NCBI GenBank assembly: GCA_038207085.1
Contig: JBBRAE010000012.1
Location: 10,446 to 74,445 of the forward strand
DNA length: 64,000 nt
Reading direction: 5' to 3'
Source of the DNA: Armatimonadota bacterium
Lineage (GTDB): Bacteria; Armatimonadota; UBA5829; DTLH01
Shown here: positions 31,626 to 41,557 of the stretch, piece by piece
How positions within the stretch are numbered: the stretch's first letter is position 1
Layout of the letters: each line of letters begins with the position of its first letter
The notes under the pieces: model-generated
Databases searched by the model: none
The model's input: the letters and a program-made list of their open reading frames with translations, nothing else
Told to the model about the DNA's origin: nothing
Position numbers and translations under genes: made by a program

Positions 31626-32354
31626 TTGCTTAGACCCGATGATCTGTTTGATCTGAATGAATACGAATATCGCGGAGTTTTTGATGGCTGCGAGTTCGTT
31701 TGGCAGTCGATTCACAGGATAGGCGCGTTTGTCCTTGAGTATATCACCGAACTCGACGGCGACACCACGATCTTTGGCGAAGTCCGCCCCGGCGCACATA
31801 TCGACGACCGAAATATCGTCGTGATCGGCGATGGCACAGTCATCGAACCCGGCGCATACATCCAGGGGCCAGCGATAATCGGTAACGACTGCCAGATCCG
31901 CCACGGCGCTTATATCCGAGGGGACGTCATTATCGGCGATGGCTGCATCGTCGGCCATGCAAGTGAGCTCAAAAATGCTATCATGCTCGACGGCGCACAG
32001 GCACCGCATTTCGCCTATGTCGGCGACAGCATCCTCGGTCGGAATGTAAACCTTGGCGCGGGGACCAAGCTGTCCAACCTGCCAGTGGTGAGCGAGAAGG
32101 ATATGAAGACCGGCAGACGCCCGAGCATCAAGATCACCCTAAACGGCAAGGAATACGATACGGGTTGTGCCAAGCTCGGCGCGATTCTCGGGGACTATGC
32201 ACAAACCGGCTGCAACGTAGTCACCAACCCCGGCACCATCATAGGCCAGCGCACCCTGATTTATCCGAACGTGTCGCTCAGAAAGGGCTACTACCCGGCC
32301 GATCACATTGTCAAGCTGAAGCAGCAAACGGAGCTTTCAACAAGGCAGGCTTAG
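31626..32354 (+). CDS. Left-handed beta-helix (hexapeptide) acyltransferase-like protein, GlmU/G1P-TT C-terminal type
   Basis: Hexapeptide repeats, HFAYVGDSILG..VNLGAGT, KLGAILGD; no nucleotidyltransferase domain. Confidence 0.85.
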   Translation: MLRPDDLFDLNEYEYRGVFDGCEFVWQSIHRIGAFVLEYITELDGDTTIFGEVRPGAHIDDRNIVVIGDGTVIEPGAYIQGPAIIGNDCQIRHGAYIRGDVIIGDGCIVGHASELKNAIMLDGAQAPHFAYVGDSILGRNVNLGAGTKLSNLPVVSEKDMKTGRRPSIKITLNGKEYDTGCAKLGAILGDYAQTGCNVVTNPGTIIGQRTLIYPNVSLRKGYYPADHIVKLKQQTELSTRQA

Positions 32355-32409
32355 ATAGTTCAAAACTCGGTTGTTTCGGGGACCCAGTCCCCGAAACCTG
32401 CCTCCCAGT

Positions 32410-32802
32410 TTACACTCCCTTAATGACTTCTTCGGCCCGGTCGTTGTCCTCGGTTGAGATAACGGCTTGCGCGACGCCTCCGCCTGGGGTGACGGTTGCG
32501 TAGATGTAGCGGATATTTATATCTGCGTCGGCGAGTTTGCAACAGAGTTCGGAGAGCGCGCCGGGACGGTCGGGGATTTCCACCAGGACCACCTCAGTTG
32601 CGACAAACGAGCAACCCATTTCACAGAGCGCCGACACTGCGCGGTCGTGGTCGTTGACGATCAGCCGAGCTACACCGTAGTCCATTCCATCAGCCACCGA
32701 AATCGCCTTGATGTTGATGTTGAACCGCGCGAGGTGGCTGGTAATCCTGGCAAGTTCACCGGACTTGTTTGCAAGAAACGCCGAGATCTGCGTCGCCTTC
32801 AC
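32410..32802 (-). CDS. Tandem ACT-domain protein
   Basis: QISAFLANKSGEL....NI.A and D.PGAL....INIRYIY. Confidence 0.88.
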   Translation of the reverse strand: MKATQISAFLANKSGELARITSHLARFNINIKAISVADGMDYGVARLIVNDHDRAVSALCEMGCSFVATEVVLVEIPDRPGALSELCCKLADADINIRYIYATVTPGGGVAQAVISTEDNDRAEEVIKGV

Positions 32803-32907
32803 GTCATGATACCTCCAAAGATAATTATCCCCGAAAAACGACGAGAATCACACCGGGCAGGCGATGGCAGAAATAATCCAACCCGCATTATTCACGAATA
32901 AAGCGGG

Positions 32908-33231
32908 CTAAGCAGACTTGGGGAGACCTTCCGAGCAGGATATATCAAGTCGACGATTAAGTCCCAGACAGATGCGCCACAAAAGCTCAAGACTGCTTCC
33001 GTCATAGTCCGCATTCTCAAGTTTCGATATCATAGACTGGGTCGCTCCTACCTTCTGCGCAAGCTCGTTCTGAGTCAGTCCAGAACGTTCGCGCAGATCG
33101 AGGGCTATCTGCGAAACTCGAACCTTGAGCTCCTCTTCCGCGACAATGCGATCCCACTCATCATCCCCTCCATACCTGCGATCGAGAATTTCGACTGCAT
33201 CTTTAGTCTTACTGGTTCGTTTCATAGCCAT
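32908..33231 (-). CDS. XRE-family HTH antitoxin (HigA-like)
   Basis: R...GLTQNELAQKVGATQSMISKLEN; downstream of a RelE-like toxin. Confidence 0.88.
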   Translation of the reverse strand: MAMKRTSKTKDAVEILDRRYGGDDEWDRIVAEEELKVRVSQIALDLRERSGLTQNELAQKVGATQSMISKLENADYDGSSLELLWRICLGLNRRLDISCSEGLPKSA

Positions 33232-33593
33232 ACCTCTTGGGATCTAATTCGTACAGCTTGCGCCGTTTCACCGCCAGCTCGATTTCTTTTGTCGGGGATC
33301 CTATCCTCTTTCATTAGTCCGTGCGACAAAACCGCTGCGACCGACCCACTGAAAAAGTATAGGATCCGATAGTTTGAGCTTCCGTACCTTACGCGCAGCT
33401 CATAAATACCGTCTCTGAGGTAATCAGCGGTCGGCCTTCGAATATCCCGCCCCTGGGATGCCAGCACATTGATCACAGCCCTGCACTTTGCGGCGACACG
33501 CCGGTCACGCCTTGCCACCTCACCATCCAGCCAATCAAGAACAGGGACAGAACCATCGTCGTCCCGGAAGAATATTATAGAAGTCTTGGCCAA
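33209..33593 (-). CDS. RelE/ParE (HigB/Gp49-like) toxin; C-terminus apparently frameshifted
   Basis: G..PV.DWL, RP.ADYLRDGIYELRV...NYRILYFF...LSHG..K; as sequenced ends at 33222, but removing one base at 33287-33290 gives a family-like tail ending at 33209. Confidence 0.85.
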
Positions 33594-33660
33594 TAGTCTA
33601 TCCGCACGACATTATACCATATTTTGCATATTCGCAACCGAACACCAGCCGACTGCGCAC

Positions 33661-33698
33661 AAAAAGCGGGCGCAATCCCGAAGACCTGCGCCCGCTTT
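33661..33698 (-). terminator. Intrinsic terminator after the activase gene
   Basis: AAAGCGGGCGCA / TGCGCCCGCTTT stem followed by a T-run on the minus strand. Confidence 0.7.
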
Positions 33699-33720
33699 GA
33701 CTTGTGACTCGAACTGTGAG

Positions 33721-36700
33721 CTATTCCTGCTGCCCGGCCCAGCGTTCTTTTACCTGCCACATGAAGTTCGCGACTTTTGCATCGCGACTTGAATCGATGA
33801 ATCCATCGTAGTCGAGGTTCAGGAACGGCAGGTTGTTGTGCGCCTTTCTCAGGGCCTGAGAAAGCGCGGTTACGGTGTTTCCGGGCATGCAGTTGAACGG
33901 GATCACCGAAACGATACCCGCCATGCCCCGGCGCGCGAAGTCCTCGGCCTTGCCCATGCTGCAGATCGCCTCACCGCCGAAGGTATAATGGACATATTTC
34001 TGGCCCTCTTCGATTACTTCATCCGGGCCGATATCATCGTAGCCGTCAAGGAACGGAAGCGTCGCGTGGTAGAGCGCGTGCTCGTCGCGTTTGGCGAGTT
34101 TGTCGTTCATTACGCGGGCATAATACTCTTTCATACAGTTCTTGTCGCCGGTGTCCTCCCAGCGCTCTTTGGCGAATATCTTGCCGATCGCGTTGGCGTA
34201 GATGAAGAACTCGGTCGCAGGAGCCATCCATACTTCGCCGCCGCAGGCTTCAATCTTGCGGATGATCTCCTGGTTGGCGTCGCCGTTGATCCTGACGTAA
34301 AACTCGCCGACCATCCCGACCATCGGGCGCTTCTCATCGCGCTTGGGAACTCGTTTAAATTCCTTCGTGGCAAGGCGCAGCACGTCTTCGATCGGGCCGA
34401 GATGACGCGTGCCCAGAAGCGAGCCGAACTTGCCGAGCCCGTCCTGAGTGCGCCGCTTGTGCTCGGACATCATATCGCAGATCATTTGCAGATACTTCTC
34501 AAAGATCGCGTCGCTTTCGCCGGGGTTGATCTCGTAGGGCCGGGTCTTGTGGAGCATCTTCTCCAGTAGATCATGAGCGACAAAGCCGTCCCAGCAGATC
34601 AGCGCGAAATGCGTCCCAAGGCCGCCGTGCTCGCTCTTTTCGCCGAGCGTCACCATATCTACCGACTGCATCCCGAGCTTGTCCAGGATGCGCCGCTGGA
34701 GCAGAGAGTACATCCCAAACCGGCACGGTCCCTGGGCGTTCCCCTGGAAGAAAGCTTCCCTGCTCGGATCAAAATCCGGCTGGCTTGTGCGATAAAGCAG
34801 ATCTTCGGTGGTCATAAGGGCGGGCAGACACACGTCTTCGCTGATCGCTTTTCGGGCGAGGTTCATCCCCTGGTCGGGGCTCTTTGGTATAACCTCAGCC
34901 TCGACTCCGTAGGCACGAAGCGCGGCGGCAAGCACCCGCGCAGCCTCAGAAGCGTAAGGAATCCAGACCTTCTTACCGCGAACCGAGGTGATCGACTTAT
35001 CTGACGTGTCGATCACCTCGTAGTCGCAGTGGTCGCCCTTGGAAATCGCGGTGTCGGCGAACGCCTCGATGCGGGTGATGACGCCGGCGTCGGCGGTGTG
35101 CTCGTCGATCTGCATGATGTAGCAGGGCTCGCCGATCTCGTCTTTGAAGAATGGGTTGGCAAACGAGTCCGGGCCGCACCCAAAGAACGTCAGCACAACC
35201 GCTCGCAGCCGCACGTCCTCGCGGATGATCCGCGCGGCTGCAAGCTTCTTCTGGATCTGCCGGGAGAATGTGTTCGGCCACGAGTCGGATATATCGACCG
35301 AAGAAAGCGGCAAAAAGTCCTGCGGGATCGCGACGATTCCGAGATCGCCGACCTTCTTGCCGATGTCCATGTTGATCGCCTGTTCGTAGAGCGAGTAAGG
35401 CCGCCCAACGATCACAAACGCGGTCTCATCCGGGCGAAGAGACTCCAGGACCTCGCGTCCCCTGTCCTCCTGCCACTTGCGGAACCCCTCAAGGGCCTTC
35501 ATCCCGACTTCAAAAGCACGCGCAGCCTGCGCCGGAGTCTTGCCCATCTCCGCCGCGAGCTTAGTAAACTCCTTCAGGAGATGCTTCTTGCCGCGCCTGA
35601 AGTGGAACCTGGGGGTGAGATACTTGGCCTTGCCATCTTTGACGCCGGTGCAGGTCGCGATGACCTCCGGGGCAGCCTGCAGGTATGGGCAGGTCTGGGT
35701 CTTGGGCAGGTTCGGGTTCGTCTGCTCACCTGAGATCACGCCGGGCATCAGGATGTAGTCGACATCCTTTTCCATCAAAAACTTGACGTGCCCGTGGGCG
35801 ACTTTGAACGGGAAGCACGGCTCACCAATCGAATTTGATAATCCCAGCTCTACTATGTGCTTGTTGGTCGGGTCCGAAGGTGTCACATTGAACCCAAGCT
35901 CCGTGAAAAACCCGTTATAGAGCGGATAATACTCGCTGAACATCAGGCCTCGGGCGACTCCGACCGTCGGCGCGCCCTGGGGGGCTTTGCCCGAGTAGGC
36001 GTTGATCAGCATCATCTCCCGCTCTTCAAAGAGGTCGGGCAGGTGTTCGCCGAGCTTCTTCTTGTGGACGGCGCTGAACTTCTCGCAGCGGTCGTTGTAG
36101 TAATATTTCGGCCCGCTTGCCATCTGGAAGGTGTTCACGTCGCATGCGTTCGCACAGGACTTGCACTCAAATGAGCTCATCGTGTAGTCCCCGGCCGAGA
36201 TCGCGTCAAAGCCGACAAAGCTCGACTTTTCAGGCTTCTGCCGAAGCGCCAGACGCGCCGCGCCGATCGCCCCTGTGATGTGCGGATACGGAGGGACGAC
36301 GATCTTGCGGCCAAGCACCGTCTCGTAGGCCGCGACCATCCCCTTGTTGAAGGCCACCGCACCCTGGAAGACGACGTTCTTGCCGATCTCCCGGCTTGAA
36401 ACGTTTTTGGCCATGTAGTTCTTGACCGACGCAAAACACGTCGCCGCGCAGAGTTCCTCGATCGGAACCCCGGCCTGCTGGTAGTAGACCATCGCCGACT
36501 CGGTAAAAACCGTGCATGTCCAGTCGAGGTCGGGCGGGTTCTGACCTTTAAGCGCCCAGTCGCCGAAATCCTGAATCGGGAGGCCGAGGCGGGAGGCCTG
36601 TTTCTCAAGAAAAGCTCCACACCCGGCGGCGCAGGCGCGGTTCATTTCAAAGTCGATGATGACCTCGCCGTCAAGGCGTATAAATTTCGAATCCTGACCG

Positions 36701-37983
36701 CCGATCTCAATGATCGTGTCGGCATCGGGGGTGAACGCAAGCGCGCCGTTGGCCTGGGCGGTGATCTCGTTTTTGATCAGGTCCGCGCCGATGTAATCGC
36801 CTGTCAGATAGCGCCCCGAGCCGGTCGTCGCTGCGACGATCTCGCCGATCTGGTAGCCTTTTTCTTTGATCTGATCGTTGATATTTGCGATCGTATCGCG
36901 GACGGCGGCAAGCGGGTCGCCGTCGGTCCTGCGATAGTAAAATGCGAGCACGTGGAACTTGCCGTCGACCTCGGTGACGAGCGCGGCCTTGGTAGAGACC
37001 GAACCGATATCGACCCCAAGCGCCGCTACGGCGATCTCGGTCGGGATCCCCTCGCCGGTTGGAGGAGGAAGCATCTCCGAGAGCTCCAGGCGAAGCGGGT
37101 CGGTGCCGTCATACTCGATCGGGCGGTCCATCTGGTCGGCAAGCGCGCCAAGGGCGCTCTTGATATCAACCGGCGTGGAGGCCCGAAGGGCAGCGCCAAT
37201 GGCCCCAAGAGTTCTGTTGTGCTCAGGAATAAACAGGTCGCCGTTCAGCCCGAGCTCTTTTGATAAATACTTCACTACAGCAGGGTTTTCAGAGACGCCG
37301 CCGATAAAGGCGACCTGGCTCTTGAACTGCTTGCCCCGGGCAAAAGTCGAGCGATAGTTGCGGCAGATCGCGTGATGGATCCCAGCCGCAATTCTTTCAC
37401 GCGGCGTGCCTTTTTGATAAAGATGTACGATATCGCTCTCGGTGAACACGCTGCAGCGGCCCGAAAGCGACGCGGGGTTCTCCGTCTCAAGCGCTACCTT
37501 CGCGAAGGCGTCGATTGCCCCGAAGTTCAGGCGCTTGGTCATGTGATCGAGGAACGAACCGCTTCCGGCGGCGCACTTGTTGCCGAGGTTCGAGTCGGCC
37601 ATAAGCAGCCGCCCGGAGACCTCGTCGCGCTCGAACAGCAGATATTTCTGCTGCTCCCGGCCCATTTCGACCACGGTGCGCACGTCGGGATAGAGCTTGT
37701 CGATACTTGCCGCGATGGCGTTGGGTTCGTCGATGCAGTCCGCGCCGATCAGTTCGGCGACACCTTTCCCTCCCGCGCCGGTGATCCCGAGCACGGTCTG
37801 ACCACCATCGTTCATATCCCCGGCTATCTTGAGAGCCTCTTCAAGCGCATCTTTGGCGCGCCTGAGCGGCTGACCTTGAATCTGGAGAATTGGAAGTTCT
37901 TTAACCTGGATGGAATCAGTCCCGCAGACCACCACGGTCTTGACGGTGTCGGACCCGATGTCCATTCCGATGCGTAAAGCCAC
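33721..37983 (-). CDS. CoA-substrate-specific enzyme activase (two HgdC/BadF-type ASKHA domains plus DUF2229-like region)
   Basis: DIGSDTVK...CAAGSGSFL...RCSVFTESD; second DIGSVSTK, TGSGR, EIGGQDSK, CAAGCGAFL; CFPFKVAHGH, FGCGPD, DEH, GPCRFG, PFNCMP. Confidence 0.9.
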   Translation of the reverse strand: MALRIGMDIGSDTVKTVVVCGTDSIQVKELPILQIQGQPLRRAKDALEEALKIAGDMNDGGQTVLGITGAGGKGVAELIGADCIDEPNAIAASIDKLYPDVRTVVEMGREQQKYLLFERDEVSGRLLMADSNLGNKCAAGSGSFLDHMTKRLNFGAIDAFAKVALETENPASLSGRCSVFTESDIVHLYQKGTPRERIAAGIHHAICRNYRSTFARGKQFKSQVAFIGGVSENPAVVKYLSKELGLNGDLFIPEHNRTLGAIGAALRASTPVDIKSALGALADQMDRPIEYDGTDPLRLELSEMLPPPTGEGIPTEIAVAALGVDIGSVSTKAALVTEVDGKFHVLAFYYRRTDGDPLAAVRDTIANINDQIKEKGYQIGEIVAATTGSGRYLTGDYIGADLIKNEITAQANGALAFTPDADTIIEIGGQDSKFIRLDGEVIIDFEMNRACAAGCGAFLEKQASRLGLPIQDFGDWALKGQNPPDLDWTCTVFTESAMVYYQQAGVPIEELCAATCFASVKNYMAKNVSSREIGKNVVFQGAVAFNKGMVAAYETVLGRKIVVPPYPHITGAIGAARLALRQKPEKSSFVGFDAISAGDYTMSSFECKSCANACDVNTFQMASGPKYYYNDRCEKFSAVHKKKLGEHLPDLFEEREMMLINAYSGKAPQGAPTVGVARGLMFSEYYPLYNGFFTELGFNVTPSDPTNKHIVELGLSNSIGEPCFPFKVAHGHVKFLMEKDVDYILMPGVISGEQTNPNLPKTQTCPYLQAAPEVIATCTGVKDGKAKYLTPRFHFRRGKKHLLKEFTKLAAEMGKTPAQAARAFEVGMKALEGFRKWQEDRGREVLESLRPDETAFVIVGRPYSLYEQAINMDIGKKVGDLGIVAIPQDFLPLSSVDISDSWPNTFSRQIQKKLAAARIIREDVRLRAVVLTFFGCGPDSFANPFFKDEIGEPCYIMQIDEHTADAGVITRIEAFADTAISKGDHCDYEVIDTSDKSITSVRGKKVWIPYASEAARVLAAALRAYGVEAEVIPKSPDQGMNLARKAISEDVCLPALMTTEDLLYRTSQPDFDPSREAFFQGNAQGPCRFGMYSLLQRRILDKLGMQSVDMVTLGEKSEHGGLGTHFALICWDGFVAHDLLEKMLHKTRPYEINPGESDAIFEKYLQMICDMMSEHKRRTQDGLGKFGSLLGTRHLGPIEDVLRLATKEFKRVPKRDEKRPMVGMVGEFYVRINGDANQEIIRKIEACGGEVWMAPATEFFIYANAIGKIFAKERWEDTGDKNCMKEYYARVMNDKLAKRDEHALYHATLPFLDGYDDIGPDEVIEEGQKYVHYTFGGEAICSMGKAEDFARRGMAGIVSVIPFNCMPGNTVTALSQALRKAHNNLPFLNLDYDGFIDSSRDAKVANFMWQVKERWAGQQE

Positions 37984-38241
37984 GAATGTTTGCCTCCTGC
38001 CACATTAGTCCGCCACGGGCAACTCTCGCCCATCGGCTTGGTGAGGGGCTGCTTGTACGCCAGCCAATCACATCAGTATATACCCCAAAACCTCTGCCAG
38101 TCAAGCTCATCCGCCCCTTTGGAGTCGGGCCGGTGACACTGAAGTGACCGCCATTTCTCCCTCTTTGTCACTCAAAATCACCCCGCACAGGCCTGCCTGG
38201 TGTATAATAGAGGCAGCTTGATCCAACAGGAGAATAGAGTA

Positions 38242-39420
38242 TTGTCCACACAAGTGTTTTTCGGGAATGCAAGGCAGAGCCGGCTTCGAGCCGACGAGAC
38301 GCTGCCCGCAAAGCTCGACCTTATCATCGATAAACTGAACCTTCGCGAGCGCGTGAACGGCAAAACGGTCGCGATCAAGATGCACCTTGGCAGCAACATC
38401 GGCTACAGCACGATCCACCCCGTTTTCGTCCGCAAGCTCGTTCAGGCTGTGAAAGACGGCGGCGGCAGGCCCTTCGTCACCGACACCGCGCACGCGTGCG
38501 CCTCGGCTCACGAGCGCGGCTACTCGCACGACACCATCGGCTGCCTGATCCTGCCCTGCGCCGGGCCCGATGAGCGCTATTTCAAGACTTTTCCGGCCGA
38601 CTTCAAGGGGATTACCGAGTATAAAGTCGGTGGGACGCTGATTGACGCGGACTTCTTGATCGACTTTGCACATGTAAAAGGCCACCCCAGCTGCGGAATG
38701 GGAGGGGTCTTCAAGAACCTCGCTCTTGGCGCGATGATCGGTGAAACCCGAGGCAAGCTCCACGACACGGTCCACTTTGACCAATACTGGTTCAAAGACC
38801 GGTGCCCGGACGCTGAGATCAGAAAGAAGATCATCGAGAGCTGCAGCATGGAAGCGCTCGTCATCGACAAAAACGACCCGGACAACGTCCACCTGCACAC
38901 CGAGCCCTGCAACCAGTGCGGCGACTGCGCGAAAGTCGCGCCTGAGGGCGCTCTTAGGATCGACGGCGCAAACTTCTTTGCCTTCCAGCAGGCGTGCGCG
39001 ATCGGTGTAAGCCATGTGCTCTCGCAGTTTGACCCGGCAAACACCGTGTACTTGAACCTGGCGACCCAAATGACCGCGGTATGTGACTGCTTCGGCTTCA
39101 CAGGCGCATCGGTCTTGCCCGACGTGGGGATATTCGGCGGAAACGACATCTGCGCGGTAGAGCAGGCGATGCTCGATGAGGTCGGCAAGTGCGAGATCAT
39201 CGAAGAAAACGTCCCGATGTCCATGCAACTCCAGCCCGGCGTTGGCCGACACCCGTTCCAGGTGCTCCACGGCGTCCTCAAAGACCCCTACAAGGTGGTC
39301 GAATACAGCGCAGCGCTCGGCCTCGGCAGCCAGAGCTACGAGTTTGTCGACGTATTGCCCCTTGAGACGCAGGACAGCTCCAAATACGAAGACATGGTCG
39401 TCAGCGCGGACGAGCTTTAG
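38242..39420 (+). CDS. DUF362-domain Fe-S protein with ferredoxin-like insert
   Basis: VAIKMHLG, HVKGH...GG..KNLALG, CNQCGDC, CDC, D..A.EQA; TTG 38242 after AGGAG. Confidence 0.85.
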   Translation: MSTQVFFGNARQSRLRADETLPAKLDLIIDKLNLRERVNGKTVAIKMHLGSNIGYSTIHPVFVRKLVQAVKDGGGRPFVTDTAHACASAHERGYSHDTIGCLILPCAGPDERYFKTFPADFKGITEYKVGGTLIDADFLIDFAHVKGHPSCGMGGVFKNLALGAMIGETRGKLHDTVHFDQYWFKDRCPDAEIRKKIIESCSMEALVIDKNDPDNVHLHTEPCNQCGDCAKVAPEGALRIDGANFFAFQQACAIGVSHVLSQFDPANTVYLNLATQMTAVCDCFGFTGASVLPDVGIFGGNDICAVEQAMLDEVGKCEIIEENVPMSMQLQPGVGRHPFQVLHGVLKDPYKVVEYSAALGLGSQSYEFVDVLPLETQDSSKYEDMVVSADEL

Positions 39421-39430
39421 AGATACGCAG

Positions 39431-39466
39431 AAACGGGGCTCGACCATGTATGGGAGAGCCCCGTTT
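39431..39466. terminator. Bidirectional stem-loop between convergent genes
   Basis: AAACGGGGCTC / GAGCCCCGTTT. Confidence 0.65.
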
Positions 39467-39476
39467 GGTTGGATGT

Positions 39477-41309
39477 CTAAGGGTTCTTGGCCCTGATGTC
39501 GCTTGCCCAGAGGGCGTTCTCCATCAGCTTGTCGACCCCCTGGCGAAGGGTGAGGGTGAGAGCGTTCTGACCGGTGAGATAGGTGTCCGGCCTCCACTGC
39601 TTTAGCGGCTCGGCCATCACCACCGGGACGGGCTCGTTCTTGTCGCCCCTGATGCGCACTGTCTTTGTAGAGACTGTGGTGGACTCGCCCGATTGGTTGG
39701 CTTCGGTGGGGGTGCTCCATATCTGTCGGCTGCTCGCAAGGTCTATCAGGCTCAGATCCGCGACGACGCGGGCGCTCGGGTACGAGAGCACAGTCAGCCT
39801 CCAGTCGACCTGGCGGTTCTCACATTCATACTCGTAGTCCCGCTTCTTGCGCTCCCACTCGTAGTGATCGTCCCGCCATCTGCGCATGTCTCGCTTGTAA
39901 TCTGAGGAGCGTTCCCTATCTCCCGTGTCGTCGCCGGGGTATTTCTTTGGCCCTGCTATGCCGTATTTCCTCTCGTCGGGGCTCGGCCTGCTCGGCTCCT
40001 GATCGCGAAACTCAGGGACGGGAGGGGTGATTCTCTCTTTGATGCACTTGAACTCGACCGTTGGCTCAATCTCGCGCACTCGAAGAAGCAGCAGCGCATC
40101 CGACCCACTCGCCTTGACGACCTTCTCTGCCCCCACGTGCGCAGTTTGCGACCCGAATGCGTCTTGGACCAGCTTTCCCCAGTCCTGCGAGGAGTGCGTG
40201 ATTTTCACCTCGGACTTCACCTGTTCAGCCGTGGCGGTTTCTATCTCCTGCGCCAAAACAAGCTGTTCCCTGGCGATATCTTTTTCGACAAAGCACACGC
40301 CGACTGCCATGCTCTTCACGCCACTTAGGTCGATGAGTTCGATCTTGTGTTCGCCGGGTTTCAGGTCCTCGGTGGTCACCTCGCTTACGAGCGAGCGAAG
40401 ATGCCTCTGTGTAGGCGCACGGATGACCCAGGTGTCAGGAGTCGAATCGTTTCCCTTGAAGAACGAGGCATTAGCCTCGCGGCAAAACCTGTCCCAGCTC
40501 GTGAGCTTCCTGCCGTCAGGGGCGTCCAGTTTGCACAACCGGGAAAGCTCTGCTGGCAATATGCTCGCCGCGACGCTCGGGCTGCACTTTTTCGCTGCGT
40601 TCCAATCAAGAGCGATGACCCTGAGGTCAGCCCCGGTGTTTGACAAAAAGTCTCCCACCCCATCTGTCCCGTACTGCTTCACATCACTGTAGCGGAGCGC
40701 CTTTAGAAGCGACTCGGCGGAGGCGTCATCGTTTGTAAGCAGGCTGGCGGAGTATACGGGGTGACTTGTCTCAAAGGGATCGGTTCGTGATACAAGCGCC
40801 CTGTGAAGCGTCCAAAGCTCGTCGGCAAACGGCTGCAATAGCGTGGCCCGGGGAACGATGACGAGCGCCTGCATAGCGTTCTTGCCGACATTCTGCACAT
40901 AGGCGGCCACCTTGTGCTGCTTGCCGACATCTTCGGTCATCGCCGGAAAGAGTTCGTTTTTCAGCCTGCTTAGGGTGACCTTTTCCGCGTTGTCGAGCCT
41001 GGAGGAGTCTACGACGATCACGGTCTCGTTCTTCTCGCGCCAGTTATAGCTCAACAAAGCGCCACTCTTGCCTTTGTCGACCTCTGACAAGGCTATGTAA
41101 TGGCACTTACCTTGCCTGTTCAGCCCCTGCCTACAGACCGGGCGCATAACGTCCGACTCCGGTAGGTTGCTGATAATATACGCGCTTTCCTCTTTGCGGT
41201 TGACGATGTCGTCCATCAAAAGCGTAGGTTCGGCGCTTGAAACGCCGGGCAATAGAGTGGTCACGGCCACCAGGGATATAAATATCGATCTTGCGAAACT
41301 CACATTCAT
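39477..41309 (-). CDS. Secreted hypothetical protein (610 aa)
   Basis: Long ORF, GAGGAG RBS, signal peptide MNVSFARSIFISLVAVTTLLPGVSSA. Confidence 0.8.
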   Translation of the reverse strand: MNVSFARSIFISLVAVTTLLPGVSSAEPTLLMDDIVNRKEESAYIISNLPESDVMRPVCRQGLNRQGKCHYIALSEVDKGKSGALLSYNWREKNETVIVVDSSRLDNAEKVTLSRLKNELFPAMTEDVGKQHKVAAYVQNVGKNAMQALVIVPRATLLQPFADELWTLHRALVSRTDPFETSHPVYSASLLTNDDASAESLLKALRYSDVKQYGTDGVGDFLSNTGADLRVIALDWNAAKKCSPSVAASILPAELSRLCKLDAPDGRKLTSWDRFCREANASFFKGNDSTPDTWVIRAPTQRHLRSLVSEVTTEDLKPGEHKIELIDLSGVKSMAVGVCFVEKDIAREQLVLAQEIETATAEQVKSEVKITHSSQDWGKLVQDAFGSQTAHVGAEKVVKASGSDALLLLRVREIEPTVEFKCIKERITPPVPEFRDQEPSRPSPDERKYGIAGPKKYPGDDTGDRERSSDYKRDMRRWRDDHYEWERKKRDYEYECENRQVDWRLTVLSYPSARVVADLSLIDLASSRQIWSTPTEANQSGESTTVSTKTVRIRGDKNEPVPVVMAEPLKQWRPDTYLTGQNALTLTLRQGVDKLMENALWASDIRAKNP

Positions 41310-41557
41310 CTCAGACCCTCCTCGGTCGCTATTATATTACACCAAATCGACCTGATGTATAAAGACGATGCATTTCTGGCGCGCTTACGCATAACTTTAC
41401 CTGTTTGTGCTTGGGAAAGCTTTCTTCGTTAAAATAGCCGCCTGTTTTAGCACAATTGCCCCCCTTACGTGCCGTACAGGTTGCAGGCAGGCGTGGTTTA
41501 GTGTTAGCATCATTGGGCAATCATAAGCTCAGCATGAGACAATAGGAGGCGCGGCAA

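Noticed and set aside
31626..32354. The missing HddC or a full GlmU
   Set aside because: Only the beta-helix domain is present; no nucleotidyltransferase GxGxR motif
38107..39720. 537-aa minus-strand ORF and other long antisense ORFs (e.g. 17593-18474, 58455-59579, 60421-61239)
   Set aside because: Shadow frames of well-supported genes in GC-rich DNA, with no recognisable motifs
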